In this document: piece by piece, positions 48,799 to 60,357 of the stretch | How positions within the stretch are numbered: position 1 is the first letter of the stretch | How the letters are laid out: the number at the start of each line of letters is the position of its first letter | Origin: an uncultured Pseudomonadales bacterium | GTDB lineage: Bacteria; Pseudomonadota; Gammaproteobacteria; Pseudomonadales; UBA7434 | NCBI GenBank assembly: GCA_905478995.1 | Contig: CAJQKT010000036.1 | Coordinates: forward strand, 4,435 to 68,434 | Reading direction: 5' to 3' | DNA: 64,000 bases | Position numbers and translations under genes: made by a program | Notes under the pieces: model-generated | Told to the model about the DNA's origin: nothing | The model's input: the letters and a program-made list of their open reading frames with translations, nothing else | Databases searched by the model: none

Positions 48799-49884
48799 AT
48801 GATACCTCGATCAACCACTGAGTGTCAGACAGAAAGTCACATCATTCACTCAGATTCACCTCTTCAAACCTGCCCCTCAATCGCAGCCATAGTGTCGTGG
48901 CAGCAACAATTAGCAAGATCACGAATCACCATCGAGCAACTCCTTAAAAGGCTTGATATATCGCCTGAGCATTATCAGTCACAGCTGCTCAAACCTGAAA
49001 AAACTAAAAATTTCCCATTGCGCGTCACGGAATCATTTATTGCACGTATGCAGCCACGTGACATTAACGATCCACTGCTGCGTCAAGTTTTGCCCATTAA
49101 TGACGAGCTAGTTGCAGACCCTAATTATGGGCCAGATCCCCTCAATGAAAAGGAATTTAATGCCGCACCGGGGTTTATCCAAAAATATCACGGCCGCGCG
49201 TTGTTAATAGTCACCCAAGCCTGCGCCATTCATTGCCGCTATTGCTTCCGAAAAAACTTTCCTTATAGCGAAAATCGCCCAGGTTTAAGTGGCTGGCAAA
49301 ACAGCTTAGATCAACTGCGAAAAGACGCTTCAATTCGCGAAATCATTTTCAGTGGCGGCGACCCACTCGCGGTCAATGATGAGTATCTGAGCCAGTTGAC
49401 CGAATCAATAGCGACAATTCCTCATATTAAGCGTTTACGTATTCATACTCGACTACCGATAGTGTTACCTAGCCGTATTGATGACGCTATGATCGACTGG
49501 CTAAGCCGGTGGCAAGGGCAAAAGGTGATTGTCATTCACTGTAATCATCCAAACGAGCTTAATGACGAAGTCCGGCATGCACTGAACAAACTGGCCAAAG
49601 CGAAGGTAACACTGCTGAACCAAGCTGTGTTATTAAAGGGCATCAATGACCGAGCTGAAACCCAAATTGAGCTGGCTGAAAAACTGTTTGCGTTTGGTGT
49701 GCTGCCCTACTATTTGCACATGCTTGATAAAGTTACTGGCGCTCAACATTTTGAAGTGTCGCGCCAAAAAGCGCTGCAACTCAGCGACGACATTCGCCAG
49801 AAACTGCCCGGCTTTTTAGTGCCTAAATTAGTCGAAGAGATAGCGGGGGCTCACTCAAAAACTCCCGTATACCCGTTGATTTAG
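48799..49884 (+). CDS. epmB: EF-P beta-lysylation protein EpmB (lysine 2,3-aminomutase family radical SAM)
   Basis: The radical-SAM cluster motif CAIHCRYCFRK is present with KamA-like collinearity, and the gene is divergent from efp. The exact start is uncertain. Confidence 0.88.
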   Translation: MIPRSTTECQTESHIIHSDSPLQTCPSIAAIVSWQQQLARSRITIEQLLKRLDISPEHYQSQLLKPEKTKNFPLRVTESFIARMQPRDINDPLLRQVLPINDELVADPNYGPDPLNEKEFNAAPGFIQKYHGRALLIVTQACAIHCRYCFRKNFPYSENRPGLSGWQNSLDQLRKDASIREIIFSGGDPLAVNDEYLSQLTESIATIPHIKRLRIHTRLPIVLPSRIDDAMIDWLSRWQGQKVIVIHCNHPNELNDEVRHALNKLAKAKVTLLNQAVLLKGINDRAETQIELAEKLFAFGVLPYYLHMLDKVTGAQHFEVSRQKALQLSDDIRQKLPGFLVPKLVEEIAGAHSKTPVYPLI

Positions 49885-50170
49885 TTTATAGATCAATGGG
49901 ATATATCGTACTCCTGACCCTGCACTACACATCTACATAACTTGCGCTACATCACAGTAATTGTCAGCGCGTTAATCATTCAATGCCTATACTAAAAGTG
50001 GGAGAGCCATGCTTGTGCCGGCACTCCTCTAGCCGTTAAAGAGAGGGCATACATGACCAGTAGTTGAAAGTATGGGCTCAAGCCGCTCAATTTAATTTTT
50101 ATACTTGAAACCCCATCGTCTTTAATAAGATTTTTCTAAAAACTATCTTCACAAAAACTGATCGACCAAA

Positions 50171-52363
50171 GTGGCACTGCCTATGAATAACGTAATCGAC
50201 ACGGATAATATCAAATTAGATATCCACCTCACCGATCAAGCTTTTGGACGTAGTGCTTTTGATCTAGCGCCACAATCTAACAGCGAGACAGTTGCTACGA
50301 ATCGTATCAATATTTTGATAGCCCACGAAGTTAATGAGCGCTGCAGCACAACTAAGACGCTACTAAAAAAAACCGAATGGTCTGCCAACTGTCATAGGGT
50401 TACATCCGTCGAAGACCTAACCCATTCGTTAAATCAAAACCAATGGGATTTAATTATTGCCTATGGTGACTCAAAACTTTTCTTACCCGCTGTTGTGGGC
50501 AAACAAATCAAGCAGTGCCAATCAGCGGTACGAGCAATTTATCTAGAGAAAACCTACAGCGCCACAAATGCACTGCAAATCATCCACTGCGGTTTCCATG
50601 ATTACTTGACAGAAGGAGAGGAGGACCGGCTCCTCTTCATCATATCGCGCGAGATTCAATCTTTACACTATCAACGCAAAGCTACGCAAAGCGATTCAGT
50701 ACTTGCCGAAGCCGAGGCTAAAAGTAAGTTGCTACTCGATACAACCGCTGACGCTGTCGCTTACATCGCCGACGGAACAATTATTCATGCTAATAATGTG
50801 TTCATAGGCGCTTTGGGTTTCACTGAAGCTGAAGACGTTGAGTTGCAGCCCATAGTGGACTTAGTCCATGCTGCCGATCAAAAAGCGATTAGAAAAATTA
50901 TCAAAAAAATGGGCGACATAAATGCAGAGCTCCCCGACACCCAGATAACGTTGATAGGGGCCGATCAACAAGAGATTGGCGCTGAGCTAGCATTTTCGCC
51001 TGCATCACACGATGGCGAACGTTGCACGCAAGTCATTTTGCGAAGCCAGCCAGCATCAACCACTACCAATACTTTTATAGTTGAATCATCAGAGCCTGAA
51101 GTCAGCATTGAACTCGGGCCAACCCCCCATACTAAAACTAAAACCGTTTTACCGAATACTCGCGCAATGAACACTGGGCTTGCCGATCTTGAAAATTTAT
51201 CAGGTAAAGGCATGATTTATTTCATCTCTTTGCGCGATACTTTAAACATTCGTAAAGCAGTTAACATTAGCCTGTATAGCGATTTATTAGCGTCAACACG
51301 AAACCTAATTACAGCTCTAACACCAGAGGCGACGATGATTGTCGATTATACTGGAGAGAGCTGGATTGCAGCGGTGCCAGAGCAAAAAGAGACAAGCAAC
51401 CTATTGTTGGGAGAAAAACTTTGTGATGGACTGAATCAATTGGTTGGTAATGAAACTAACACAAACACAAAGAGCTATGCCTCTATTGGTATTGCAAAAT
51501 ACGGCGTAGCCGATATGTCATCTACCGCCGCCATCGACAAAGCATTTAGTCTTTGTGCAGAGCAACTAGATAACGGTGGCTTCAAAGTATTTTCACCTAA
51601 AATTGATAACGCACAAGGCAGCGCTGCGCTTAAATCAGCCATGGAACTGGATCGGCTAAAAGTAAAGTACCAACCCATCATTGGCCTACACACCCAATCA
51701 ACACAATGGTACGAAGCGTCTGTATTTATTTGCAATGATTCTGGCATCGAGCAAGACGCCACTCAACTATTAGAGAGCCTTGGCATAGAAAAAGATAATG
51801 TCGCATTAGATCAATGGCTGATAAATGAAGCGCTCAACTCGCTGGAGCCGCTAGCCGAAAAAAATTCGGCAATAAGCCTGTGCATACCTTTGACCGCCAG
51901 CGCAATCACTGACACTCAATTTTCTGAGTGGTTAATCAATACAATTCAATCGAAGAAATTAGCGGCCAATTGTCTTAAATTTAGCATTACCGCTGAGCAA
52001 GCTCAACATTATGAACATCAATGCCATACGCTGCTTTCAAAGCTGATTGAAAACGGCTTTGGAACCACTATCACTAACGTAACCGCTGAGAATTTCGCCG
52101 TCGTGCGCGCCACTCCACCAAGCGCTATACAGCTGCACAATGAACTTACTCAGAAACTGAACGACGCGGAAGATAATAGTAAAGAGCCCTTGCAAGAGAC
52201 CATAGCACAAGCCATCGAGATGAATATTACTTGTATCGCAACGGGTGTAAATTCGGCATCCGATCTAGCGCACTTATGGCAAACAGGCGTCCCTTACATT
52301 CAAGGTAGCTACCTGCAGGCACCGCTATCAAGCATGAGTTATGGATTTTCAGATATGGCATAA
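50171..52363 (+). CDS. FimX-like REC-PAS-GGDEF-EAL protein with degenerate signature motifs
   Basis: 730 aa. It has an N-terminal receiver-like fold lacking the acceptor Asp context (WDLIIAYGD) and a PAS-like segment (LLLDTTADAVAYIADGTIIHANN). The GGDEF position reads YTGESW. The EAL domain (KYQPIIGL...YEASVFI ... ATGVNSASDL...IQGSYLQAP) has most catalytic residues replaced. It sits between the efp cluster and serB-parC, where I recall fimX lying in P. aeruginosa. The start is GTG 50171 or ATG 50183. Confidence 0.65.
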   Translation: MALPMNNVIDTDNIKLDIHLTDQAFGRSAFDLAPQSNSETVATNRINILIAHEVNERCSTTKTLLKKTEWSANCHRVTSVEDLTHSLNQNQWDLIIAYGDSKLFLPAVVGKQIKQCQSAVRAIYLEKTYSATNALQIIHCGFHDYLTEGEEDRLLFIISREIQSLHYQRKATQSDSVLAEAEAKSKLLLDTTADAVAYIADGTIIHANNVFIGALGFTEAEDVELQPIVDLVHAADQKAIRKIIKKMGDINAELPDTQITLIGADQQEIGAELAFSPASHDGERCTQVILRSQPASTTTNTFIVESSEPEVSIELGPTPHTKTKTVLPNTRAMNTGLADLENLSGKGMIYFISLRDTLNIRKAVNISLYSDLLASTRNLITALTPEATMIVDYTGESWIAAVPEQKETSNLLLGEKLCDGLNQLVGNETNTNTKSYASIGIAKYGVADMSSTAAIDKAFSLCAEQLDNGGFKVFSPKIDNAQGSAALKSAMELDRLKVKYQPIIGLHTQSTQWYEASVFICNDSGIEQDATQLLESLGIEKDNVALDQWLINEALNSLEPLAEKNSAISLCIPLTASAITDTQFSEWLINTIQSKKLAANCLKFSITAEQAQHYEHQCHTLLSKLIENGFGTTITNVTAENFAVVRATPPSAIQLHNELTQKLNDAEDNSKEPLQETIAQAIEMNITCIATGVNSASDLAHLWQTGVPYIQGSYLQAPLSSMSYGFSDMA

Positions 52364-52445
52364 TGGCTTATGTACTTATCGACCACGCATAAAACCAGCA
52401 ACCATTTTTTATTCTAGAGTCTAGAACCCATTAGGCAAAATTTTA

Positions 52446-53693
52446 TTAGGAGTTCGCATCCATTTTCATGCGTTCACGATCACTAATACCCAGCAAATAC
52501 AACACGCTATCTAGACCCAAAGTAGAAATAGACTGACGAGCAGATTGCTTCACCAACGGTTTGGCTCTGAAGGCCACTCCCAGCCCAGACAGACTAAGCA
52601 TAGGCAGGTCGTTAGCACCGTCACCAATAGCTATAACCTGCTCTAAAGCGATATTCTCTTTACTCGCAATATTCTGTAATAGATGTGCTTTACGCATCCC
52701 ATCTACCACATCGCCAATCACTTTCCCGGTAACAACGCCATCTAAAATATCTAGCTCGTTGGCGTATACATAATCAAACCCTAGCTGGTCACGCAACCTA
52801 TTGGCAAAAAATGTAAAGCCGCCGGACAGTATTGCTGTTTTATAGCCGAGGCTTTTGAGAGTTTTAATCAAAGTTTCAGCGCCCTCTACCAGCTTCAATT
52901 CGCCAGCAACTTGCTCTAACGCGCTCTCATGTAAACCCTTGAGCAAAGCTACGCGGCGGGTAAAACTTTCTTTAAAGTCGATTTCTCCGCGCATAGCTGC
53001 CTCAGTAATAGTAGCAACTTGTTCACCCACACCGGCCAACTTAGCCAACTCATCGATGACTTCAGCCTCGATAAGAGTCGAGTCCATATCGAAAGCTACG
53101 AGGCGGCGATTGCGTCTGAACATATCATCTTGCTGCACAGCAATGTCAATGTCCATATCATTAGCCAGCTCTAAAAACTCGGTGCGCATTCGCTGCTCAT
53201 CAGGCCAGGCACCGCGCAGAGAAAACTCTACACAAGCATTCTCATTTTTATTTTTAGCCGTGATAAGATCAGTATCAGACAACGCAGCCCGACCCGAGAG
53301 CCGAGTTATTTTGTCAATATTTAATTGATGCTCAGCGATCAAGCGAGTGACTTTGTGAACATGGCCAGCCGTTATTTTTCTAGCTAACAACGTAAGTATA
53401 TGGCGCGGCTTGCCCTGCCCGCCTATCCAGTCGACATAATCATCCGCCGAGACCTCTTTGATATCGACCACCATCGACAATGCAGCAAGCCGCTCTGCTA
53501 GCAATACACTCAGTGGCTCGACATCAACCGCCTCTGGCACTTCCACAAGAATACCTAGCGCCAAATTATTGTGGATAACCGCTTGGCCAATATCTAAAAC
53601 ATTAATAGCGCTATCGGCTAATATGCCTGTAATGATATTAGTAATTCCAGGTTGATCATGGCCTGAAACCTTAATTAAAAAAACACTATTCAT
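52446..53693 (-). CDS. serB: phosphoserine phosphatase with N-terminal ACT-like domains
   Basis: 415 aa with HAD motifs FDMDSTLI and GDGANDL, and N-terminal ACT-type regulatory repeats. Confidence 0.9.
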   Translation of the reverse strand: MNSVFLIKVSGHDQPGITNIITGILADSAINVLDIGQAVIHNNLALGILVEVPEAVDVEPLSVLLAERLAALSMVVDIKEVSADDYVDWIGGQGKPRHILTLLARKITAGHVHKVTRLIAEHQLNIDKITRLSGRAALSDTDLITAKNKNENACVEFSLRGAWPDEQRMRTEFLELANDMDIDIAVQQDDMFRRNRRLVAFDMDSTLIEAEVIDELAKLAGVGEQVATITEAAMRGEIDFKESFTRRVALLKGLHESALEQVAGELKLVEGAETLIKTLKSLGYKTAILSGGFTFFANRLRDQLGFDYVYANELDILDGVVTGKVIGDVVDGMRKAHLLQNIASKENIALEQVIAIGDGANDLPMLSLSGLGVAFRAKPLVKQSARQSISTLGLDSVLYLLGISDRERMKMDANS

Positions 53694-53767
53694 ACTATTT
53701 ATACTATTTATAATTTATCTTCACCTAATTGCTAAAAATTTTACGTCTTTGCCCTGCAAAGCTTTTG

Positions 53768-56029
53768 TTATTTTTTTTCTATAGACACAGAGTCGACTTT
53801 CTGAAAACCTCGAGGCAACTTATTACCCCGTCGAGCACGCTCACCTACATAGTGCTCAAGGTCGGTTAATTTCATTCGGAGATGCCGTTTACCTGCATAA
53901 ATCATTAGCGCATCTTTCGGGCTGAGCACAACGACTGCGAGCATAAATTCTTCACGTGTCGCTAGCTTAGCCGATGGAATATTCATAATTTTATTGCCCT
54001 TGCCCCGGGCCATAACCGGCAAATCGGTAAGAGGAAAGACAAGCATCCGCCCAATATTACTAATAGCAACCAGCATACTCTCACTATAATTTTCAGCACT
54101 TACAGGAGCCAAGACCTCGCCACCTTTGGGCACTGTAAGCAATGCCTTCCCAGCCTTTTTGTTGGCATGCATGTCTTCTAGTTTTGCAACAAAACCATAA
54201 CCCGCATCAGTACTAAGAAGATAATAGTCTTCGCCCCCACCCATCATGACACCCTTAAAGCTTGCGCCAGATGGAGGATTTATCTTGCCACTTAATGGTT
54301 CGCCTTGACCTCGCGCAGATGGCAACAGCCGCACCGGGAGTGAATAACTTCTGCCGGTGGAATCCAAAAAGACTGCCGATTCATTCGATTTTCCGCGCGC
54401 GGCTAATTTAAATGTATCGCCAGACTTAAAGCTTAAGCTAGCCGGATCTATATCATGACCCTTAGCGGCTCTGACCCAGCCCCTCTCGGAAAGCACAACG
54501 GTAATAGGATCAACAGTCGTAATATCGTCTTCGGTATATGCAACGGCATCGTCACGCTGCACTAGAGGCGAGCGACGCGCATCACCGAACTCCTCAGCTA
54601 CAGCTAGTAACTCTTTTTTAATCAATGTTTTTAGGCGAGCATCCGAACCTAATGTTTTTTGAACAGCATCGCGTTCAGCAGCCAACTCTTCTTGCTCGGC
54701 CTTGATTTTTAATTCTTCGAGACGAGCCAGCTGACGCAAACGAGTATCGAGCACATAATCGGCTTGCATCTCACTGAGATTAAAACGCGCAATCAGCTTT
54801 TGCTTGGGCTTATCTTCGCTGCGAATAATATGAATAACCTCATCCATATTAAGAAACGCAATGAGCAAGCCATCAAGCAAATGCAATCGATCAAGAATTT
54901 TTTGCAGCCTATATTCAAGCCGGCGCACGATAGTGTCTTTGCGATACTGCAGCCACTCTTTGAGAATCATCACGAGGTTCTTAACCTGTGGCCGGCCATT
55001 CACGCCAATCATATTTAAATTAATACGATAATTTTTTTCTAAATCGGTGGAATGGAACAAATGCGACATCAGCGCTTGAACATCAATTCGATTAGACTTC
55101 GGCACTATAATGAGTCGAGTTGGATTTTCATGGTCTGACTCATCGCGCAAGTCAATAACTGTTGGTAATTTTTTTGCCTGCATTTGCGCAGCAATTTGCT
55201 CAAGCACCTTGGCACCTGAAACCTGATGCGGCAGCGCAGTCACGACGATATCGCCCTGCTCTTGCGTATAAATCGCGCGCATCTTAAGGCTGCCTTTGCC
55301 CGTTTCATACATATCGAGAATGGCTTGAGGCGAGGTGATGATTTCAGCCTCGGTAGGGTAGTCAGGCGCAATAACATGTTCATTAATTTCGCGGACGGTG
55401 GCCTTGGGCTTTTCGAGCAAGTGAATGCAGGCCGAAACCACCTCATTCAAATTATGCGGTGGAATATCCGTCGCCATACCCACCGCGATACCGGTGGTAC
55501 CATTTAACAAGATGCTCGGGACCCTGGCTGGCAGCAAGGTGGGCTCATCTAATGTACCATCAAAATTAGGTTGCCAGTCAACCGTACCTAAACCCACTTC
55601 AGCCATTAGTACATCGGCAAACGCTGTGAGCTTTGACTCGGTATAACGCATCGCAGCAAAGGATTTTGGATCATCGGCCGAGCCCCAGTTGCCCTGCCCA
55701 TCAATAAGTGGATAGCGGTAGTTGAAGGGCTGCGCCATAATCACCATGGCTTCATAAACCGAGCTATCGCCATGCGGGTGGAACTTACCAATTACGTCAC
55801 CGACAGTACGAGCTGACTTTTTGTATTTAGCGCCTGCCTTCAGCCCAAGCTCGGACATGGCATAAACAATACGGCGCTGCACGGGCTTAAGACCGTCACC
55901 AACGTGTGGCAGTGCCCGATCGAGTATTACGTACATCGAATAATCGAGGTAGGCTTTCTCGGCGTAATCTCTTATTGAAACCTGTTCGGTTTCAAAATCG
56001 CTGGGGGTGTTTCCGTTATTGGCACTCAT
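53768..56029 (-). CDS. parC: DNA topoisomerase IV subunit A
   Basis: 753 aa with [16 protein letters not shown] and AAMRYTE (catalytic Tyr). Assigned as ParC rather than GyrA from its shorter length and lack of a GyrA-box-type C-terminal domain, judged by eye. Confidence 0.88.
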   Translation of the reverse strand: MSANNGNTPSDFETEQVSIRDYAEKAYLDYSMYVILDRALPHVGDGLKPVQRRIVYAMSELGLKAGAKYKKSARTVGDVIGKFHPHGDSSVYEAMVIMAQPFNYRYPLIDGQGNWGSADDPKSFAAMRYTESKLTAFADVLMAEVGLGTVDWQPNFDGTLDEPTLLPARVPSILLNGTTGIAVGMATDIPPHNLNEVVSACIHLLEKPKATVREINEHVIAPDYPTEAEIITSPQAILDMYETGKGSLKMRAIYTQEQGDIVVTALPHQVSGAKVLEQIAAQMQAKKLPTVIDLRDESDHENPTRLIIVPKSNRIDVQALMSHLFHSTDLEKNYRINLNMIGVNGRPQVKNLVMILKEWLQYRKDTIVRRLEYRLQKILDRLHLLDGLLIAFLNMDEVIHIIRSEDKPKQKLIARFNLSEMQADYVLDTRLRQLARLEELKIKAEQEELAAERDAVQKTLGSDARLKTLIKKELLAVAEEFGDARRSPLVQRDDAVAYTEDDITTVDPITVVLSERGWVRAAKGHDIDPASLSFKSGDTFKLAARGKSNESAVFLDSTGRSYSLPVRLLPSARGQGEPLSGKINPPSGASFKGVMMGGGEDYYLLSTDAGYGFVAKLEDMHANKKAGKALLTVPKGGEVLAPVSAENYSESMLVAISNIGRMLVFPLTDLPVMARGKGNKIMNIPSAKLATREEFMLAVVVLSPKDALMIYAGKRHLRMKLTDLEHYVGERARRGNKLPRGFQKVDSVSIEKK

Positions 56030-56379
56030 GGCAACTCGTTTTACTGGTTTGCAATAATTAGATTAGAACCACCGATCAACACCCACTACCTCATCACCAT
56101 CCGGCGGACTAAGGAATCCGTTAACAAGGCCTGTTGAAGCATGGTATGCACAATGGTGGCCCGCGCGCTTACCAGCGCAAATTGTCCCAGAAAACATCGC
56201 TCTTGGGCAGATAAAAGCTGGGGAAATATGCGGATATTATGCGGCAGCAAAACATTTGAATGCAGCAGGGGTTAGTGGCGGTAGGTTGAAATTGGGAGTA
56301 TCGCATGGCCGCGACCGCAGCTGCACTGCCTGATTTTGACAAAAGCTACGATAAAAAAGAGGCATTGATCAGTTAGCTT

Positions 56380-56817
56380 TCAGACCTCTAATAGGAAAGT
56401 CACCGGGCCATCATTAACCAACTGTACTTGCATATCGGCGGCGAAAATGCCCGTTTCTACGCTGCGATGCTGCTCTTTAAGTTTTGAAACGCAATAGTCG
56501 TAACAAGATTTTGCTACCGTAGGCTCAGCCGCACCAGAAAAACTTGGCCGCATGCCTTTGTCTGTGCTGGCGGCCAGAGTGAATTGCGAAATAATTAGCA
56601 AACCGCCATCAACATCACGGACACTCAAGTTCATTTTATCGGCGTCATCGGCAAATACCCGATAATTTAAAAGCTTGTGAGCGATCTTCTCCGCATGGCT
56701 TTCTGAATCATGCTTCTCAACCGCCAACAGCACCAACAGGCCTTGCCCAATTGCACCGACCGTTTGCTTATCGACATCAACCTTTGCAGAGCTTACTCGC
56801 TGAATTAATGCTTTCAT
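56380..56817 (-). CDS. dtd: D-aminoacyl-tRNA deacylase
   Basis: 145 aa with MKALIQRV, SQFTLAA and NDGPVTF motifs. Confidence 0.95.
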   Translation of the reverse strand: MKALIQRVSSAKVDVDKQTVGAIGQGLLVLLAVEKHDSESHAEKIAHKLLNYRVFADDADKMNLSVRDVDGGLLIISQFTLAASTDKGMRPSFSGAAEPTVAKSCYDYCVSKLKEQHRSVETGIFAADMQVQLVNDGPVTFLLEV

Positions 56818-56872
56818 TTTATGTCTGTGAGTAACAGTTACCGCCAGCTATGCGCAATAGCTGGCGCTTAGC

Positions 56873-58699
56873 CTATTTTGACCGCGAAGCACGCTTACGC
56901 TCATTTTCTAACAATAATTTTTTGCGCACACGAATAAAGTTTGGCGTAACCTCAACCATCTCGTCGTCTTCTATGAATTCCAGCGCCTGCTCGAGCGTCA
57001 TTTTAATGTGTGGACTCAAGATCGTTGCCTCATCAGTTCCTGAAGCTCGCACGTTAGTCAGCTGCTTGGCTTTCGTGGGATTAACGGTCAAATCATTGCC
57101 GCGGCTATGAATGCCAACCACTTGACCCTCATAAACATCTACATTAGCCTCGATGGTTAAACGACCACGCTCTTGCAAATTAAATAACGCATAAGCCAGC
57201 GTCTTGCCTTTTACATTACTAATTAAAACACCATTAGTTCGTGACTGAACTTCGCCAACTTTAACTGGGCCATAATGATCAAAAATTGAGGTAAGGATAC
57301 CTGTGCCTGATGTCATGGTTAAAAATTCGGAACGAAATCCAATTAATCCACGCGCTGGCATAATGTAATCGAGGCGTATGCGGCCCTTGCCATCTGGCAC
57401 CATATTTTTCAAATCACCGCGACGCAGGCCCATGGCCTCCATCACTGAACCTTGATGCTGCTCTTCACAATCAACGACAACGGCCTCAAAAGGCTCCTCA
57501 ATAACACCATCAACGTCACGCTGGACAACTTCAGGCCGACCAACACTCATTTCAAAACCTTCACGACGCATGGTTTCGATTAATACGGACAAATGCAACT
57601 CACCGCGACCCGACACTTTGAACTTATCAGGCGTATCGCCTTGCTCAACACGCAATGCTACGTTATGCAGCAACTCACGCTCTAACCGTTCTTTTATGTT
57701 GCGGCTAGTAACAAATTTTCCGTCTTGTCCGGCAAACGGCGAATCATTTACTTGAAAGGTCATCGACACAGTCGGTTCATCGACAGTCAGTGCGGGTAAA
57801 GCCTCAATGCACTCCGGTGCACATAGCGTCTCCGATATTTGCAAGCCTTCCAAACCAGTAACACAAACAATATCTCCCGCCCCCGCTTGCTCTACAGGCA
57901 CACGTTCTACGCCTAAATTACCAAGAATATCGAGTATGCGACCATTGCGAGTATTGCCTTCATTGTCTGTAACAACGACTGGCGTATTGCGTTTAATACT
58001 GCCGCGCTTAATACGACCAACCCCAATAACGCCCACATAGCTGGAATAATCGAGCGAACTAATTTGCATTTGAAATGGGCCATCAATATCGACTTGCGGC
58101 GCACGAACCGTATCGAGTATCAACTGCAACAACGGCGTCATATCATCCGCCATGGCATCTTGTTCAAGCCCTGCTATACCATTCAAGGCAGAGGCATAGA
58201 CCACGGGAAAGTCGAGTTGCTCGTCGGTGGCGCCCAAACGATCAAACAGATCGAATACCTGATCCATCACCCAATCGGCGCGCGCACCCGGGCGATCAAT
58301 TTTATTGATAACCACAATCGGGTTAAGCCCCACTGCAAAAGCTTTTTGAGTGACAAATCGAGTCTGAGGCATCGGACCATCAACGGCATCAACCAACAAC
58401 AGCACCGAATCGACCATCGACAACACTCGCTCAACCTCACCACCAAAATCGGCGTGTCCTGGCGTATCAACGATATTGATATGGTGATCATTCCAGTTAA
58501 TTGCCGTATTTTTGGCTAAAATTGTAATGCCGCGCTCTTTCTCCTGATCATTGGAGTCCATAATGCGCTCAGTGCCCTGATCACGACGATCGAGTGTGCC
58601 GGATTGCTCTAGCAACTTGTCGACTAAGGTGGTCTTGCCATGGTCAACATGGGCGATGATAGCTATGTTGCGTAAATTCGCAGTTTTGGTGATGTCCAA
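56873..58699 (-). CDS. typA: translational GTPase TypA/BipA
   Basis: [22 protein letters not shown] and [14 protein letters not shown] are present in an EF-G-like domain order. Start proposed at TTG 58699, with GGAG 8 nt upstream, giving about 608 aa. The ORF-track start at 58828 adds 43 unlikely codons. Confidence 0.93.
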   Translation of the reverse strand: MDITKTANLRNIAIIAHVDHGKTTLVDKLLEQSGTLDRRDQGTERIMDSNDQEKERGITILAKNTAINWNDHHINIVDTPGHADFGGEVERVLSMVDSVLLLVDAVDGPMPQTRFVTQKAFAVGLNPIVVINKIDRPGARADWVMDQVFDLFDRLGATDEQLDFPVVYASALNGIAGLEQDAMADDMTPLLQLILDTVRAPQVDIDGPFQMQISSLDYSSYVGVIGVGRIKRGSIKRNTPVVVTDNEGNTRNGRILDILGNLGVERVPVEQAGAGDIVCVTGLEGLQISETLCAPECIEALPALTVDEPTVSMTFQVNDSPFAGQDGKFVTSRNIKERLERELLHNVALRVEQGDTPDKFKVSGRGELHLSVLIETMRREGFEMSVGRPEVVQRDVDGVIEEPFEAVVVDCEEQHQGSVMEAMGLRRGDLKNMVPDGKGRIRLDYIMPARGLIGFRSEFLTMTSGTGILTSIFDHYGPVKVGEVQSRTNGVLISNVKGKTLAYALFNLQERGRLTIEANVDVYEGQVVGIHSRGNDLTVNPTKAKQLTNVRASGTDEATILSPHIKMTLEQALEFIEDDEMVEVTPNFIRVRKKLLLENERKRASRSK

Positions 58700-59001
58700 C
58701 GAGGATACTCCGGAGTGACTGAACGATTCGCGCCTTACAATACCAAGAGGCGCAGATACAGCCTCAATGAGAAGCAGGCGCATTAACCTGCCCTTAATAG
58801 GCCGTCTAAAGTGCGCGCGATTATACATAACCCCAGCAAGCTAAATACCGCTGTTTAGCAGGTTTCCAACGCGCAAAATTAACATTCAACAAAAGTAATA
58901 CGGTAGTTTAATGGCACACAAATCGCTAAACTTTGGCCTTTTGGGCAGATGCCTACCATTACAGCCCTAATCTCACCCCCATTGCCGAGAACCCACAGCG
59001 C

Positions 59002-60321
59002 ATGAATCAACACACAACGCCAATTTGGACCAAACGCTGGACCTTTATCATGGCCACCACCGGCGCGGCAGTTGGGCTGGGTAATATATGGAAATTCCCC
59101 TATATTGCCGGCGAAAATGGCGGCGGGGCATTCGTGCTGATGTATCTGTTATGTATCGTTTTACTGGGCATTCCAATCATGATCGCCGAGGTAATGCTCG
59201 GGCGCAGAGCTAGAGAAAACCCGATTCATGCCATGCTTAAAAATAGCCGTGATGCTGGCGCCTCGAAGGCCTGGGCATTCATTGGTGCGATGGGCGTTGC
59301 CTGCGGAATGATGATTTTAATGTATTACAGCGTGGTGGCCGGCTGGTCGTTAGAGTACGTATGGCAAAGCATGCAAGGCAGTTATATGGACAAGTCAGCC
59401 ACTGAAGTCGCAGCAGGCTTTGGTGTGCTGGCCAGCAACCCCGAGCGCCAACTGCTTTGGCATAGCTTATTTTTATTACTCACCGCAATTATCGTCGGAC
59501 TTGGGGTTACTCGGGGTATTGGCACGGCGGTTGATAATTTAATGCCGTTATTGTTTGTCTTACTTTTGGTTCTGCTGGGCTATTCAATCCGCAACGGTAA
59601 CTTCGAACTCGGCTTCAATTTTCTGTTTAACGCCGATTTCAGCAAGCTCACCGGCGATGCCATACTCATTGCCATGGGCCACGCCTTTTTCACTTTAAGT
59701 TTAGGCATGGGCACCGTTATGGTCTACGGCTCGTACATGCCAAAAAACAGCTCCATCCCGCGAGCGGTGCTTGCCGTAGCTTTTCTCGACACTATTATCG
59801 CGTTAATTGCCGGGCTCATTATTTTCCCGCTCGTCTTCGCTAGCGGCCTAGAGCCGGGCTCGGGGCCAGGCCTATTATTTGAAACCCTTCCCATTGCTTT
59901 TTCAGGCATGTGGAACGGCTCAATATTTGGCACCGTGTTCTTTATTTTAGTGTCCATTGCAGCACTTAGCTCGTCGATATCGTTGATTGAGCCAGGCATC
60001 GCATGGCTTGAAAAAACGGGCATTAGCCGCTTATTTGCCACTTGCGGATTAGGACTCATCTGCTGGCTCGGCGGCGTAGCGAGTATTTACTCTAGCGCTG
60101 TTTTCGACACGCTCGATTACGCCACGGCCAACGTTATGTTACCTCTAGGCGGGCTGCTTATCGCCATTTTTGTAGGCTGGAAGATGGGTTATACCCGCGT
60201 GCGCAAAGAAATTAGCGATATACCGGCGCTGCTTTTTAACATTATGTTTATCACGCTGCGTTTCATAGCGCCCATAGGCGTGATCATAATTTTTGCCCAT
60301 AGCTTGGGCTTTATCGCCTAA
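59002..60321 (+). CDS. sodium-dependent transporter, SNF (neurotransmitter:sodium symporter) family
   Basis: The start MNQHTTPIWTKRWTFIMATTGAAVGLGNIWKFPY is the NSS signature, and about 11-12 TM segments follow. The ORF-track start at 58933 is over-extended. Confidence 0.88.
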   Translation: MNQHTTPIWTKRWTFIMATTGAAVGLGNIWKFPYIAGENGGGAFVLMYLLCIVLLGIPIMIAEVMLGRRARENPIHAMLKNSRDAGASKAWAFIGAMGVACGMMILMYYSVVAGWSLEYVWQSMQGSYMDKSATEVAAGFGVLASNPERQLLWHSLFLLLTAIIVGLGVTRGIGTAVDNLMPLLFVLLLVLLGYSIRNGNFELGFNFLFNADFSKLTGDAILIAMGHAFFTLSLGMGTVMVYGSYMPKNSSIPRAVLAVAFLDTIIALIAGLIIFPLVFASGLEPGSGPGLLFETLPIAFSGMWNGSIFGTVFFILVSIAALSSSISLIEPGIAWLEKTGISRLFATCGLGLICWLGGVASIYSSAVFDTLDYATANVMLPLGGLLIAIFVGWKMGYTRVRKEISDIPALLFNIMFITLRFIAPIGVIIIFAHSLGFIA

Positions 60322-60357
60322 CGCTCAGACACCTGTCGCGACCATTGCAAATAGGCG

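Noticed and set aside
52412-52426. The 15-bp palindrome TTCTAGAGTCTAGAA between the convergent fimX-like and serB genes.
   Set aside because: The loop is too small for a stable RNA hairpin and there is no adjacent T tract in a useful position. It is a single occurrence.
52855-53328. Long antisense or alternate-frame ORFs inside confident genes: 52855-53328 in serB, 58064-58519 in typA, 6115-6486 in the M48 gene, 16585-16938, 63288-63644, 26727-27086, and 46220-46597 in psd.
   Set aside because: Each lies wholly within a gene carrying strong family motifs. Their products are low-complexity or rich in Arg/Ser/Cys, as expected for shadow frames, and none has a recognisable motif.
56030-56379. 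The 350-bp dtd-parC spacer, examined for small genes. An apparent ~56-codon plus-strand ORF came from my first reading.
   Set aside because: Recounting the frame codon by codon showed an early stop: ATG 56146 gives only about 22 codons. The remaining short ORFs are Cys-rich and lack start signals.
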